Below are positions 28,774 through 39,259 of a stretch of 64,000 nucleotides of DNA, one piece after another. Each line of letters begins with the position of its first letter. Positions within the stretch are counted from its first letter, which is position 1. Both the position numbers and the translations under genes were made by a program. Under the pieces are notes generated by a model that ran no database searches, was not told where the DNA came from, and was given only the letters and a program-made list of their open reading frames with translations. Source of the DNA: Methylophilus aquaticus (lineage in GTDB: Bacteria > Pseudomonadota > Gammaproteobacteria > Burkholderiales > Methylophilaceae); contig NZ_JAVCAP010000014.1 in the NCBI RefSeq assembly GCF_030769565.1, forward strand, positions 115,554-179,553, given 5' to 3'.

Positions 28774-29685
28774 ATGATCAAACGGTTGATGGCTCTTTTT
28801 CCGGTGTTGTTCGGGGTGCTGCTGATCACCTTCGCCTTGTTGCACCTGGTGCCGGGTGACCCCGTCGATGTCATGCTGGGTGAGTCGGCCAGCCAGGCGG
28901 ACCGTACAGTATTGCGGGAAACACTGGGATTGAATCAAACATTGCCAGAACAGTTCGCGCACTATCTTCAGCAACTATTACAGGGTGACCTTGGCCTCTC
29001 CATCCAAACCAGAACGCCGATTACACAACTGCTGATACAAGCATATCCAGCAACGCTGGCTTTGGCGGCCACGGCACTGATCATTGGCGTACTGGTGGGG
29101 GTGCCATTGGGCATTGCCTCCGCGCTTAAGGCCGGTGGCTGGCTGGATATTCTGGTTACCCTGTTCAGTATCCGTCTGGCCGCAATGCCTGCATTCTGGC
29201 TGGGCCCAGTCTTGATGCTGATATTTGCCATTTGGCTGGGCTGGTTGCCTGTGAGTGGCATGGATTCTCCTGTGGCGATTATATTGCCGGCCTTGACCTT
29301 GGGGCTTGGTTTGAGTGCCATTTTGACCCGTATGACCCGTATCAGTCTGCTGGAAGTGCTCAATGAAGATTACATTCGTACTGCACGGGCTAAAGGCTTA
29401 AGTGAGCAGGCTGTGATGTTTAAACATGCCTTGCGGGCTGCGCTGTTGCCCTTGGTGACCATCATCGGCTTGCAAATGGGCAGTCTGCTGGCTGGCGCTG
29501 TCATTACAGAAACCATTTTCAGTTGGGATGGCATTGGTAAACTGCTGGTGGAAAGCATAGAGAAACGCGATTACCCTGTCACTCAGGCTTGCGTGTTGGT
29601 GGTGTCACTTAGCTATGTGCTGGTAAACCTGTGTACCGATCTTTTGTATCGCTGGCTTGATCCGAGAACCAGAGGTGCAGGATGA
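28774..29685 (+). CDS. ABC transporter permease (DppB/OppB-like)
   Basis: 303 aa; 6 TM helices; EAA loop (YIRTARAKGLSEQAV). Confidence 0.85.
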   Translation: MIKRLMALFPVLFGVLLITFALLHLVPGDPVDVMLGESASQADRTVLRETLGLNQTLPEQFAHYLQQLLQGDLGLSIQTRTPITQLLIQAYPATLALAATALIIGVLVGVPLGIASALKAGGWLDILVTLFSIRLAAMPAFWLGPVLMLIFAIWLGWLPVSGMDSPVAIILPALTLGLGLSAILTRMTRISLLEVLNEDYIRTARAKGLSEQAVMFKHALRAALLPLVTIIGLQMGSLLAGAVITETIFSWDGIGKLLVESIEKRDYPVTQACVLVVSLSYVLVNLCTDLLYRWLDPRTRGAG

Positions 29686-30479
29686 GGCTAGCCTCTATTT
29701 GTATTTTAGCTGTCTGGTTAGTGGCTGTAGTGTTTGGCCGTTGGCTGGGAATGTCGCCCAATCACATCGATTTAAATGCCATTCTGCAGTTGCCGGATGC
29801 CCGGCACTGGTTGGGCACTGATGATTTGGGGCGAGATATTTTAGCCAGAGTGTTGCATGGGGTTGAAGTGTCACTTTCTGTAGCGATGATGGTGACCGTC
29901 ATCACCATGGCAATCGGCGTCTCGATTGGCTTGCTGGCTGGGACGCTAGGGGGGCGGCTGGATAGCAATCTGATGCGGCTTACTGATGTATTTCTGGCGT
30001 TTCCCGGTATGCTGCTTGCCATCGCTTTTGCAGCGGTGTTGGGGGCAGGCATCAATAATCTGATGCTGGCTTTGTGTATGACTGGCTGGGTCAGTTATGC
30101 CCGCTTGTCACGAGGACAAGCACTCGCGTTGCGCGCACGACCACATGTGCTGGCAGCTTTTTCATTAGGTGCAGGACCCGTAAGAGTGATGTACAGGCAT
30201 GTGCTGCCGTTAATGCTTTCACTGCTGCTGGTGGAGGCCACTTACAGCATGGCCAGTGTCATGATTGCCGAAGCCTCATTATCATTTCTTGGCTTGGGCA
30301 TACAGCCGCCGCAAGCTTCATGGGGCGCGATGCTGCGAGATGCTGTACGCTTTATGCTGGTAGCGCCGCATTATGTGCTGGCGGTCGGCTTTTGCATGAT
30401 GAGCCTGATTTTGGCCATCAATCTCGGTGGCGACTGGTTGCGCGACAGGCTGGATGTGCGCAGTGAAGGGCAGCTATGA
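29682..30479 (+). CDS. ABC transporter permease (DppC/OppC-like)
   Basis: 265 aa; 6 TM helices; 4-nt overlap with the upstream permease. Confidence 0.85.
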   Translation: MRLASICILAVWLVAVVFGRWLGMSPNHIDLNAILQLPDARHWLGTDDLGRDILARVLHGVEVSLSVAMMVTVITMAIGVSIGLLAGTLGGRLDSNLMRLTDVFLAFPGMLLAIAFAAVLGAGINNLMLALCMTGWVSYARLSRGQALALRARPHVLAAFSLGAGPVRVMYRHVLPLMLSLLLVEATYSMASVMIAEASLSFLGLGIQPPQASWGAMLRDAVRFMLVAPHYVLAVGFCMMSLILAINLGGDWLRDRLDVRSEGQL

Positions 30480-31171
30480 GCAAACACTATCGTTATTACG
30501 ACCTCATCATGGCGGCCTTTGTCTGTGTGTTGGTCTGCTCCAACCTGATCGGCCCGGCCAAAGTCACGCAAATCGAGGTGCCACTACTGGGTACGCTGAC
30601 CTTCGGTGCCGGGATACTATTTTTCCCCATCAGTTTTATTTTTGGCGACATTCTCACTGAAGTGTATGGCTATGCCGCCAGTCGTCGCGTCATCTGGGCC
30701 GGATTTGCCGGGTTGGCCTTTGCCAGCCTGATGGCGTGGATGATTGTGGCGTTGCCGTCCGCGCCCTATTGGCACAACCAGCACGAATACGAAGTGGCTT
30801 TTGGCAGCACCTGGCGCATTTCGCTGGCCGGGCTGGTGGCCTTTGCCGTTGGCGAGTTCGTCAACAGTTATGTCATGGCTAAAATGAAAGTCATCAGTGC
30901 TGGCAAACACCTGTGGCAGCGTACTATCACCAGTACCGTGTTTGGCGAGGCGGTAGATACGCTGATGTTTGTGCCGCTGGCGTTCTGGGATACAGGTATC
31001 ATTCCCAATGATAAAATTCCGCTGATTATCATGGCGCAAGTCATCGGCAAGATTCTGGTAGAAGTGGTGTTGACGCCGGTCACTTATACAGTTGTCGCTT
31101 TCCTCAAACGGGCAGAAAACGAAGACTATTACGACCACAATACTGACTTTAGTCCATTTGCCTTACGTTAG
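30476..31171 (+). CDS. yhhQ: queuosine precursor transporter (Vut/YhhQ family, DUF165)
   Basis: 231 aa; collinear with E. coli YhhQ motifs (FPISFIFGDILTEVYG, GEAVDTLMFVPLAF); 4-nt overlap with the upstream permease. Confidence 0.8.
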   Translation: MSKHYRYYDLIMAAFVCVLVCSNLIGPAKVTQIEVPLLGTLTFGAGILFFPISFIFGDILTEVYGYAASRRVIWAGFAGLAFASLMAWMIVALPSAPYWHNQHEYEVAFGSTWRISLAGLVAFAVGEFVNSYVMAKMKVISAGKHLWQRTITSTVFGEAVDTLMFVPLAFWDTGIIPNDKIPLIIMAQVIGKILVEVVLTPVTYTVVAFLKRAENEDYYDHNTDFSPFALR

Positions 31172-31276
31172 GGGATGGGGCTTGTGAAAAAGTCCCGATT
31201 CTTTTGTTTATGGTTCAGGGTTAAGATGCTGTTTTTCAAAATTTATTGTTAGTACATTTAATTCGCAGAGGGAGAG

Positions 31277-32725
31277 ATGGAAATGGATTTAAGCACGCAG
31301 TTACCAATGTTGATAGGCATGGTGGTGGCCGGCTTGCTGTTGTTGCTGGTACTGTGGATCATTTTCTTGCGTCGTGTCGTGCCCACTAATGAGGTGCATA
31401 TTGTGCAGACCGCTGACCAGAGCCGTTCTTATGGCACTGGATTGCAATACGGCAATACTTATTACGAATTCCCCATCTGGATGCCGGTGTTGGGCGTTTC
31501 CGTCTCCCGTTATCCGGTGTCAGTGTTTACTGAAGAGTTGATTGATTATGAAGCCTACGATCAAGGCAGACTCCCCTTTGTGATTGATGTCAAAGCGTTT
31601 TTCAGAATCGAAGACAGTAACGTGGCTGCCAAGCGGGTAGCGACTTTCGATGAAATGCGCAAGCAAATGAATGCCATCTTGCAAGGCTGCATACGCTCGA
31701 TTCTGGCCATGAATGACATCGAAACCATCATGCAAGACCGCGCCAAATTTGGCGAAGAGTTTACCAGGCAGGTAGATGACAACCTTAAATCCTGGGGGGT
31801 GGTGACTGTTAAATCAGTGGAGTTGATGGATATCCGTGACTCGCAAGGCTCCAATGTGATTAAAAACATCATGGAGAAGAAAAAATCCGAGATTGAAATG
31901 CAGTCGCGCATTGAAGTCGCCGCCAATAAACGTAAAGCCGAGATGGCCGAAATTGATGCCAGCCGCGATGTCGAGCTGCAACGCCAGGTCAGCCAGCAGC
32001 AAGTTGGTTTGCGCACGGCAGAAAAGGAGCGTGAAGTCGGTATTGCCAAAGAGCAGTCGGTGCAAAGCATTAAAGAGCAAGAGCGTATCACCAAAGAAAA
32101 AACCATGGCGGTAGAGCAAGTGGCACAAGTCAAACAGGCTGAAATCAACAAAGAAGTGCAAATCGTCAACGCCAACCAGCAAAAGGAAACCGCAATTATT
32201 AATGCCGAAGCCGAACAGGCCACTGCATTGATTAACTCCGAGGCAGAAAAACAATCCGTGATGATTAAGGCCGAAGGCGAGAAACAATCCACGATGGCGA
32301 TAGCCGCCGGTTTGAAAGAAGCCAAAGTGCTGGAGTCCAAAGGCATAGAGGCCGAAGGGCATGCCCGTGCAGAAGCAGCCAAAGCCATGCAGTTGGCCTC
32401 GGTGCAAGCCGAAATCACCCTGGCGGAAAAAATTGGTGAAAACGAAAGCTACCAGAAGTATCTGATTTCGCTAGAGCAAGTCAAAGTCATGGGTGAAGTT
32501 GGCAAAGAACAAGCCAAAGCGCTGGAAAAAGCCCAGGTCAAAATCATTGCCAATGCAGGCGGCACGGTGAGTAACGGCATTAGCAAGGTGACTGATTTGT
32601 TTAGCGCCAACGGCGGTACACAAATGGGCTCTATGCTGGAAGCGCTGGCGCAAACTGACGTCGGCAAGAGCGTGTTGAGCAAAGTCACAGGCGGTACGCT
32701 AGCCGACGCAGACAAAGCGGATTAA
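31277..32725 (+). CDS. flotillin-like SPFH/band-7 protein (YqiK-like)
   Basis: 482 aa; N-terminal TM, SPFH domain, long Glu/Ala/Lys-rich coiled-coil with flotillin repeats. Confidence 0.8.
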   Translation: MEMDLSTQLPMLIGMVVAGLLLLLVLWIIFLRRVVPTNEVHIVQTADQSRSYGTGLQYGNTYYEFPIWMPVLGVSVSRYPVSVFTEELIDYEAYDQGRLPFVIDVKAFFRIEDSNVAAKRVATFDEMRKQMNAILQGCIRSILAMNDIETIMQDRAKFGEEFTRQVDDNLKSWGVVTVKSVELMDIRDSQGSNVIKNIMEKKKSEIEMQSRIEVAANKRKAEMAEIDASRDVELQRQVSQQQVGLRTAEKEREVGIAKEQSVQSIKEQERITKEKTMAVEQVAQVKQAEINKEVQIVNANQQKETAIINAEAEQATALINSEAEKQSVMIKAEGEKQSTMAIAAGLKEAKVLESKGIEAEGHARAEAAKAMQLASVQAEITLAEKIGENESYQKYLISLEQVKVMGEVGKEQAKALEKAQVKIIANAGGTVSNGISKVTDLFSANGGTQMGSMLEALAQTDVGKSVLSKVTGGTLADADKAD

Positions 32726-32826
32726 GCGTTTATCATTTGAATTGTTGCTAGGCACTTTTGCCCTTGCACTGTATAAAGCAGGCATCACGTGAAAGTGCCT
32801 CTTATTTTTAGATTATCGGAACCCCA

Positions 32827-33954
32827 TTGAACCTGATTAACTGGTACGAAAAAAACAAAACCCAAGCCGCCGACTGGCAATCCGAGGCAGGCAATCCGCC
32901 GCCTAAAGCAGTGGTGATTGCAGATGACACTACCAAAGCTGATGAGGCCTACCGATTGGCCTGTGAAGGTACTGCCTTGCTTTATCGCGGTGACTTTCAA
33001 AATGCCAAGCAACTGTTGCAAGCCATTACCCGCCGCGTAGACCGCAAACCGGTAAAACCAGCCGCTACCATGTTGGAAGCCTTTCACCAGCACCGCGCCC
33101 GTCAGATTGGTCGTGCCAACATCACCAATAAAGTTCTCATCGAGCTCAAATACGGTCAATGTGACTTGCCGCGTGCACCTGACGTCAAAGCTGCGGTACA
33201 AGGCGCGCTGATTGTCGATGAAAAAACTGAAAAATTACCAGCACGTCTGGTGCTCTCCTTGCGCGAATTGCTTGGCATGGTAGGGGCGCACGAGTGGCGT
33301 AAAAAAGGGGTGCCGATTGACGCACTCAATACCAATATCCACGCCCACTATGGCGTGTATTCACCGGTGCGCGGCGAGTATCTTGAACTGATTGATCAGG
33401 CACCACTCAATAACCCGCAAGTGGCTTGGGATATTGGCACGGGCACTGGCGTGATTGCAGCCACGCTGGTGACGCGCGGTGTCAAGCAGGTCATAGCTAC
33501 AGACAACAGTCCGCGTGCACTGGCATGTGCAGCAGAAAACGTGCAGCGGTTAAACATGCACAGTAATATTCAGGTATTACAATCGGATTTGTTTCCGGAA
33601 GGTCAGGCCGATTTAATTGTATGCAATCCGCCCTGGTTGCCTGCCAAGGCCAACGCACCGATTGAGCATGCTGTGTATGACCCTGAGAGTAAAATGCTCA
33701 AAGGATTTTTAAACGGCGTGAAAGCACATTTAAATCCTGGCGGTGAAGCCTGGCTGGTGATGTCTGACCTGGCTGAGCATATTGGCTTGCGCGCCCCGAA
33801 TGATTTGCAAAGCTGGTTTGCTGAAGCAGGATTAAATGTGGTTGAGCAACTGCAAGTTGCCCCCAAGCATGCCAAAGCCACTGATCAGTCCGACCCCCTG
33901 TATGCTGCGCGCGTAAAAGAGGTGACCAGTCTTTATCGTTTAATATGTAATTGA
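32827..33954 (+). CDS. class I SAM-dependent methyltransferase with NPPW motif (HemK/RsmC-like small-domain MTase), TTG start
   Basis: SAM motif I DIGTGTGVIAA; motif IV LIVCNPPWLPA; 375 aa if the TTG at 32827 is used. Confidence 0.6.
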   Translation: MNLINWYEKNKTQAADWQSEAGNPPPKAVVIADDTTKADEAYRLACEGTALLYRGDFQNAKQLLQAITRRVDRKPVKPAATMLEAFHQHRARQIGRANITNKVLIELKYGQCDLPRAPDVKAAVQGALIVDEKTEKLPARLVLSLRELLGMVGAHEWRKKGVPIDALNTNIHAHYGVYSPVRGEYLELIDQAPLNNPQVAWDIGTGTGVIAATLVTRGVKQVIATDNSPRALACAAENVQRLNMHSNIQVLQSDLFPEGQADLIVCNPPWLPAKANAPIEHAVYDPESKMLKGFLNGVKAHLNPGGEAWLVMSDLAEHIGLRAPNDLQSWFAEAGLNVVEQLQVAPKHAKATDQSDPLYAARVKEVTSLYRLICN

Positions 33955-33977
33955 TCGTTGAAATTTAGGAATCTGTA

Positions 33978-35024
33978 ATGTCTTTAGGTCCCGTCATGCT
34001 GGATGTCCTTGGCAAGGAATTGACTGCCGATGATATCCGCCGTTTGCAACATCCGCTGGTGGGCGGGGTGATTTTGTTTGCACGCAATTTTGAGAGTTGC
34101 GCGCAATTGAAAGCGCTGACCGCCAGCATTCATGCCGTGCGTCAGCCACCCTTGCTGATTGCGGTAGACCATGAAGGCGGTCGTGTGCAGAGGTTCAGGG
34201 AAGGCTTTACCAAGATTCCGCCCATGCGTGAATTTGGACATATTTGGGATCAGCATCCGCGGAAGGCTAAAGAGTTGGCCATAGAAGCTGGCTACGTGCT
34301 CGGTGCCGAATTGCGGGCGCATGGGGTGGATTTCAGTTTTACACCGGTGCTGGACATGGACTATGGCGACAGTCTGGTGATTGGAGACCGCGCTTTTCAC
34401 CGCGATCCGCAGGCGATTAACGAACTGGCCTTTAGCCTGATGCAGGGCCTCAAAAAAGCAGGTATGGCCGCCGTTGGCAAGCATTTTCCCGGCCATGGAT
34501 TTGTGGTGGCAGATTCGCATGTGAGCATTCCGGTCGATGAGCGTGAGTTTGACCAGATTGCACAGAATGACATGCAGCCGTTTGTGCGCATGATAGACGA
34601 GGGCTTGCATGCCGTAATGCCTGCGCATGTCATTTACCCCAAGGTGGATGACAAACCGGCCGGGTTCTCGCCGCGCTGGTTACAGAAGGTCTTGCGAGAG
34701 CGTATGGGCTTTAATGGAGTCATCTTCAGTGACGACCTGAGCATGGAGGGCGCGACAGTGGCTGGCGACGTTACCGCACGCACGCTGGCGGCGCTTAACG
34801 CAGGTTGCGATATGATTTTGCTGTGTAATCGTCCAGATTTGGCCGATGAGTTGCTCGCAAATCTGGACTGGAAAATTTCGGCGCAAAGCATCGCTCGTCT
34901 GGCGCGCATGCATGGTGGCCACCATCCGGCTGATATGGTGGCGCTACGCGAATCTGTGCACTATGTAGATGCGGTGAAGCGGGTGGGTCAAGTGGGCCAG
35001 AAAGAGTCTGATTTGTTTGCCTAA
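33978..35024 (+). CDS. nagZ: beta-N-acetylhexosaminidase NagZ (GH3)
   Basis: 348 aa; GH3 motifs (KHFPGHG, ISDDLSM). Confidence 0.85.
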   Translation: MSLGPVMLDVLGKELTADDIRRLQHPLVGGVILFARNFESCAQLKALTASIHAVRQPPLLIAVDHEGGRVQRFREGFTKIPPMREFGHIWDQHPRKAKELAIEAGYVLGAELRAHGVDFSFTPVLDMDYGDSLVIGDRAFHRDPQAINELAFSLMQGLKKAGMAAVGKHFPGHGFVVADSHVSIPVDEREFDQIAQNDMQPFVRMIDEGLHAVMPAHVIYPKVDDKPAGFSPRWLQKVLRERMGFNGVIFSDDLSMEGATVAGDVTARTLAALNAGCDMILLCNRPDLADELLANLDWKISAQSIARLARMHGGHHPADMVALRESVHYVDAVKRVGQVGQKESDLFA

Positions 35025-35132
35025 TAGGTATCTGCAACACAATTGTCACATTTTAATGCTTGAAACTTTAGTCAATAATCATTATCTTAAAGCGTGTAGC
35101 TATTTGGCTATTTTTTAAAAGAGGAAAAAGTA

Positions 35133-35819
35133 ATGTCTGATATGCAAGTACTAGGTCGCGAGAATAACGTTTCTGACGCGCAGAACCGAGTGTTGCGCAA
35201 TACCTATGCGTTGCTTGGTTTAAGCATGATCCCCACCGTGATTGGTGCTTACGTGGGCTTACAAATTAATTTTGGTTTGATGGCGGCGCATCCATTTATA
35301 TTTGCCATCGGCTTTATGGCTGTCATGTTCGGTATGTTCAAACTGATTGCTGTTAACCAGAACAGTGGTTTGGGTGTATGGTTATTGTTAGCCATGACCT
35401 TTGTATTCGGTGTGATGTTAGGCCCGATTCTGCAGCATGCACTGCATTTGCGTAATGGTGCCGAAATTGTAGGGTTGGCCGCAGCGGGAACAGGCATTAC
35501 CTTTTTAAGTCTGGCTGGCATTGGTTCATCCCCGGCACGTGATTTCAGTGGTATTGGCAAGTTTTTAATGATCGGTCTGATTTTAGCGATTGTGGCTGGT
35601 TTGGCTAACCTGTATTTCCAGATCCCGGCGCTGTCATTGGCAATTTCAGGTGTTTCAGTGCTGATCTTCTCTGGTTACATCTTGTACGACGTTAACCAGA
35701 TTGTACGTGGCGGTCAAACCAACTACGTGATGGCAACGTTGAACCTCTATCTGGATATTTATAACTTATTTGTTAACCTGTTAAATATCTTGCTTTCTTT
35801 ATTAGGCAATCGAGACTAA
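35133..35819 (+). CDS. Bax inhibitor-1/YccA-family membrane protein
   Basis: 228 aa; 7 TM helices; N-terminal and C-terminal conserved BI-1 stretches. Confidence 0.8.
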   Translation: MSDMQVLGRENNVSDAQNRVLRNTYALLGLSMIPTVIGAYVGLQINFGLMAAHPFIFAIGFMAVMFGMFKLIAVNQNSGLGVWLLLAMTFVFGVMLGPILQHALHLRNGAEIVGLAAAGTGITFLSLAGIGSSPARDFSGIGKFLMIGLILAIVAGLANLYFQIPALSLAISGVSVLIFSGYILYDVNQIVRGGQTNYVMATLNLYLDIYNLFVNLLNILLSLLGNRD

Positions 35820-35858
35820 AACAGGCAAGCGAAAATAAGTCGATTTGACTTTAGCCAT

Positions 35859-35892
35859 ACAACAAACCCGCCGATTCTGGCGGGTTTGTTGT
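35859..35892. terminator. 14-bp perfect-stem hairpin (acaacaaacccgcc-gattct-ggcgggtttgttgt) between the convergent BI-1 gene and tadA
   Basis: Read directly; GC-rich stem with a T-rich tail (gtat); probable bidirectional terminator. Confidence 0.5.
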
Positions 35893-35919
35893 ATCTGGGC
35901 TTTACTCTACTTGGTCGCG

Positions 35920-36857
<938 letters not shown>

Positions 36858-36896
36858 GCGATTTCCTGTGGTTGCTGCAATCCTTGTTATGATAAA

Positions 36897-37814
36897 TCAT
36901 CTGACCAGTAATTGCTCCAGCGACAGTTGGCAAAGGTGCTTGAGCAGCCACTGCATAGCTTTACCCATGTCGGTTTGCCTTTGTTGGCGCCAGGCGATGA
37001 AAACGGGTCCGAGCGGCTTGGGCTCGGCCACTTGCTTGATGACAAGCAACCCTTGACTGGCAGCTTGAAGTGCCATGTTTTTTGGTAAGTAACCAATAGC
37101 CACCCCGGAAATCTGTGCTTGCAGCTTGGTTTGCATGTCGGGCACCGTCAAAATATCCTGTCCTGAAAGGATGCCAGAGGTTCTGGGAGGCAGGTTACGT
37201 GAACTGTCGGCGGCTGCTACGGCGCGGTATTGCACGATATCGTTCGCGCTGAGCGGCTCATGCATGTTGGCTAAGGGGTGGTGCGGTGCCACAGCAAATA
37301 CAAAATCCAGTTGTCCGAGCAGGTGGGTGCTAAAGCCGCCGCCTGGCGGTGCGTCTCCAGGGGCGCCTATCGAGATGTCGGCGCGGTTGGATTGCAGTAC
37401 ATCCCAGCTCCCCCCATAGACTTCACGCAATAATTTCACCCGCGTACCCAACCCCTGTGCGTAGAATGCTTCCAGCAGGTCCAGTATGGGTTTGAAGTTG
37501 AATAAATCACTGACTGCGATGGTGATGTCTGTTTCTACACCGGTTGCCACCCTGCGTACCCTGCATTCCAGTGCTTGTGCCGCATCAAGCAGGTAACGAC
37601 CTTCTTTGAGTAGCTCTGCGCCTGCTTCCGTCAATGCTGCGCGGTGACCGCTACGGTCAAACAAGGTAATGCCCAGGTCTTCTTCAAGTTTGCGTATCGT
37701 ATAGGTGAGGGCAGATGGGACGCGGTAGAGCGATTCTGCGGCTGCAGCGAAGCTGCCCTTGCGGTCAATAGCGTCTATGACCTCAAGCGCTTCGATACTC
37801 AGTTTAATGGCCAT
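36897..37814 (-). CDS. LysR-family transcriptional regulator
   Basis: 305 aa; N-terminal HTH (FAAAAESLYRVPSALTYTIRKLEEDLG) and LysR substrate-binding domain. Confidence 0.85.
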   Translation of the reverse strand: MAIKLSIEALEVIDAIDRKGSFAAAAESLYRVPSALTYTIRKLEEDLGITLFDRSGHRAALTEAGAELLKEGRYLLDAAQALECRVRRVATGVETDITIAVSDLFNFKPILDLLEAFYAQGLGTRVKLLREVYGGSWDVLQSNRADISIGAPGDAPPGGGFSTHLLGQLDFVFAVAPHHPLANMHEPLSANDIVQYRAVAAADSSRNLPPRTSGILSGQDILTVPDMQTKLQAQISGVAIGYLPKNMALQAASQGLLVIKQVAEPKPLGPVFIAWRQQRQTDMGKAMQWLLKHLCQLSLEQLLVR

Positions 37815-37918
37815 GCAGGTTCTTCAAAAAAATTGAACAATTGATGCAAAATCTTTTGCTATCACTGATTGAAAGTTATCCATATCATACACTTAACTTT
37901 TCAGCAGGAGTGAACAAC

Positions 37919-38632
37919 ATGGTCAATATTCGCACGTCTGCATCGCGTGGATACGCCCATCATGGCTGGCTTGAGAGCTACCACAGTTTTTCCTTTGCTG
38001 GCTACTATGATCCGGCGCATATGGGCTTTTCGGTGCTACGCGTGATTAACGACGACAAGGTGGCGCCTGCAAACGGATTTGGCATGCACGGGCATCAGGA
38101 TATGGAAATTATCACCTATATGCTAGCTGGCGAGTTGCGTCATGAAGATAGCATGGGGAATGGCTCTGTAATTCGTGCCGGTGATGTGCAGCGCATGACT
38201 GCCGGAACCGGAGTGCGCCACAGTGAAATGAATGCTTCAAGCCAAAGCACCGCCCACTTGCTGCAAATCTGGATTATCCCTGAAACCAACGGCCTGCCGC
38301 CAGGGTATGAGGAAAAAAACATTCCACTGACTGAGAAACAGAATCAGTGGCGTTTGATTGCATCGAGAGATGCACGCAACCATTCGCTGCTGGTACATCA
38401 GGATTTATCACTCTATACGACGGTTCTGGATGCAGAAAAACAGTTGTCTTTGCATGTGCAGCCAGGCAGGGTTGCTTATGTGCATGTTGCACGTGGTAGC
38501 GTAAACGTGGATGGTCAGTCATTGCAGGCCGGCGATGCATTGATGATAGATGCATCGGTCAACCTGAAGCTTGAGGCGCTGGCGGAGGCTGAGATCTTGT
38601 GGTTCGATTTGCCGGGTTCTTTGATGAATTGA
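37919..38632 (+). CDS. pirin-family protein (cupin)
   Basis: Start at MVNIRTSASRGY with GGAG Shine-Dalgarno; HHGW...HxH metal-binding cupin motifs; divergent from the LysR gene. Confidence 0.8.
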   Translation: MVNIRTSASRGYAHHGWLESYHSFSFAGYYDPAHMGFSVLRVINDDKVAPANGFGMHGHQDMEIITYMLAGELRHEDSMGNGSVIRAGDVQRMTAGTGVRHSEMNASSQSTAHLLQIWIIPETNGLPPGYEEKNIPLTEKQNQWRLIASRDARNHSLLVHQDLSLYTTVLDAEKQLSLHVQPGRVAYVHVARGSVNVDGQSLQAGDALMIDASVNLKLEALAEAEILWFDLPGSLMN

Positions 38633-38661
38633 TTTTTTATTTGGTTTGAAGGGGAGTTTTT

Positions 38662-39228
38662 ATGACGCAGGTAGCAGTGGTATATCACAGTGGCTATGGC
38701 CACACAGGCGAACAGGCCAAGGCGGTTGCACGTGGCGTGACCAAAGTGCAGGGCGTGACCGTGCATTTATTGAATGTAGACGAGGCGCAACAGCAGTGGG
38801 AGTTGCTCAAAGCCAGTGACGCGATTATTTTTGGTAGCCCTACCTATATGGGCTCCGCCTCGGCGCAGTTTAAAGCTTTTATGGATGCCAGCTCCAAAGC
38901 CTGGTATATCCGTGACTGGAAAGACAAGATTGCTGCCGGCTTTACCACTTCTGCCAGCCAGAGTGGCGACAAGCTCAGTACATTGGTACAACTGGCAGTA
39001 TTTGCAGCACAGCATGGCATGATTTGGGTAGGACAAGACTTGCTGCCGGGGAACAATAACAGCAAAGGCTCTGTCAACGATTTGAACCGTTTGGGCAGCT
39101 TTTTGGGTGCGATGGCACAAGCCAACTCCGATGAGGGGCCTGATGTTGCGCCTATCCAGAGTGATTTGCTGACTGCCGAACATCTGGGTGAGCGTGTTGC
39201 CAGCATCGCCAGGCGTTTTGCAGCTTAA
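38662..39228 (+). CDS. flavodoxin-like NAD(P)H:quinone oxidoreductase (WrbA family)
   Basis: 188 aa; VVYHSGYGHT flavodoxin signature, FGSPTYMG FMN-binding loop. Confidence 0.75.
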   Translation: MTQVAVVYHSGYGHTGEQAKAVARGVTKVQGVTVHLLNVDEAQQQWELLKASDAIIFGSPTYMGSASAQFKAFMDASSKAWYIRDWKDKIAAGFTTSASQSGDKLSTLVQLAVFAAQHGMIWVGQDLLPGNNNSKGSVNDLNRLGSFLGAMAQANSDEGPDVAPIQSDLLTAEHLGERVASIARRFAA

Positions 39229-39259
39229 TTTTAAATAGAAATAACAAGTGGAGAATCAA

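Noticed and set aside
31561-32418. Two long antisense ORFs (285 aa and 197 aa) on the minus strand inside the flotillin gene
   Set aside because: They lie within the Glu/Ala/Lys/Gln-rich coiled-coil coding region, whose repetitive GC-skewed codons keep the opposite strand open. The translations are low-complexity (Cys/Ser/Leu runs) and lack Shine-Dalgarno sequences. They are artefacts of the sense gene.
36858-36900. Possible pho box upstream of the psiE-like gene
   Set aside because: The minus-strand upstream sequence (CTGTCGCTGGAGCAATTA...) matches only one CTGTC half-site of the CTGTCAT-N4-CTGTCAT consensus, and the intergenic space is only 39 nt. This is not convincing.
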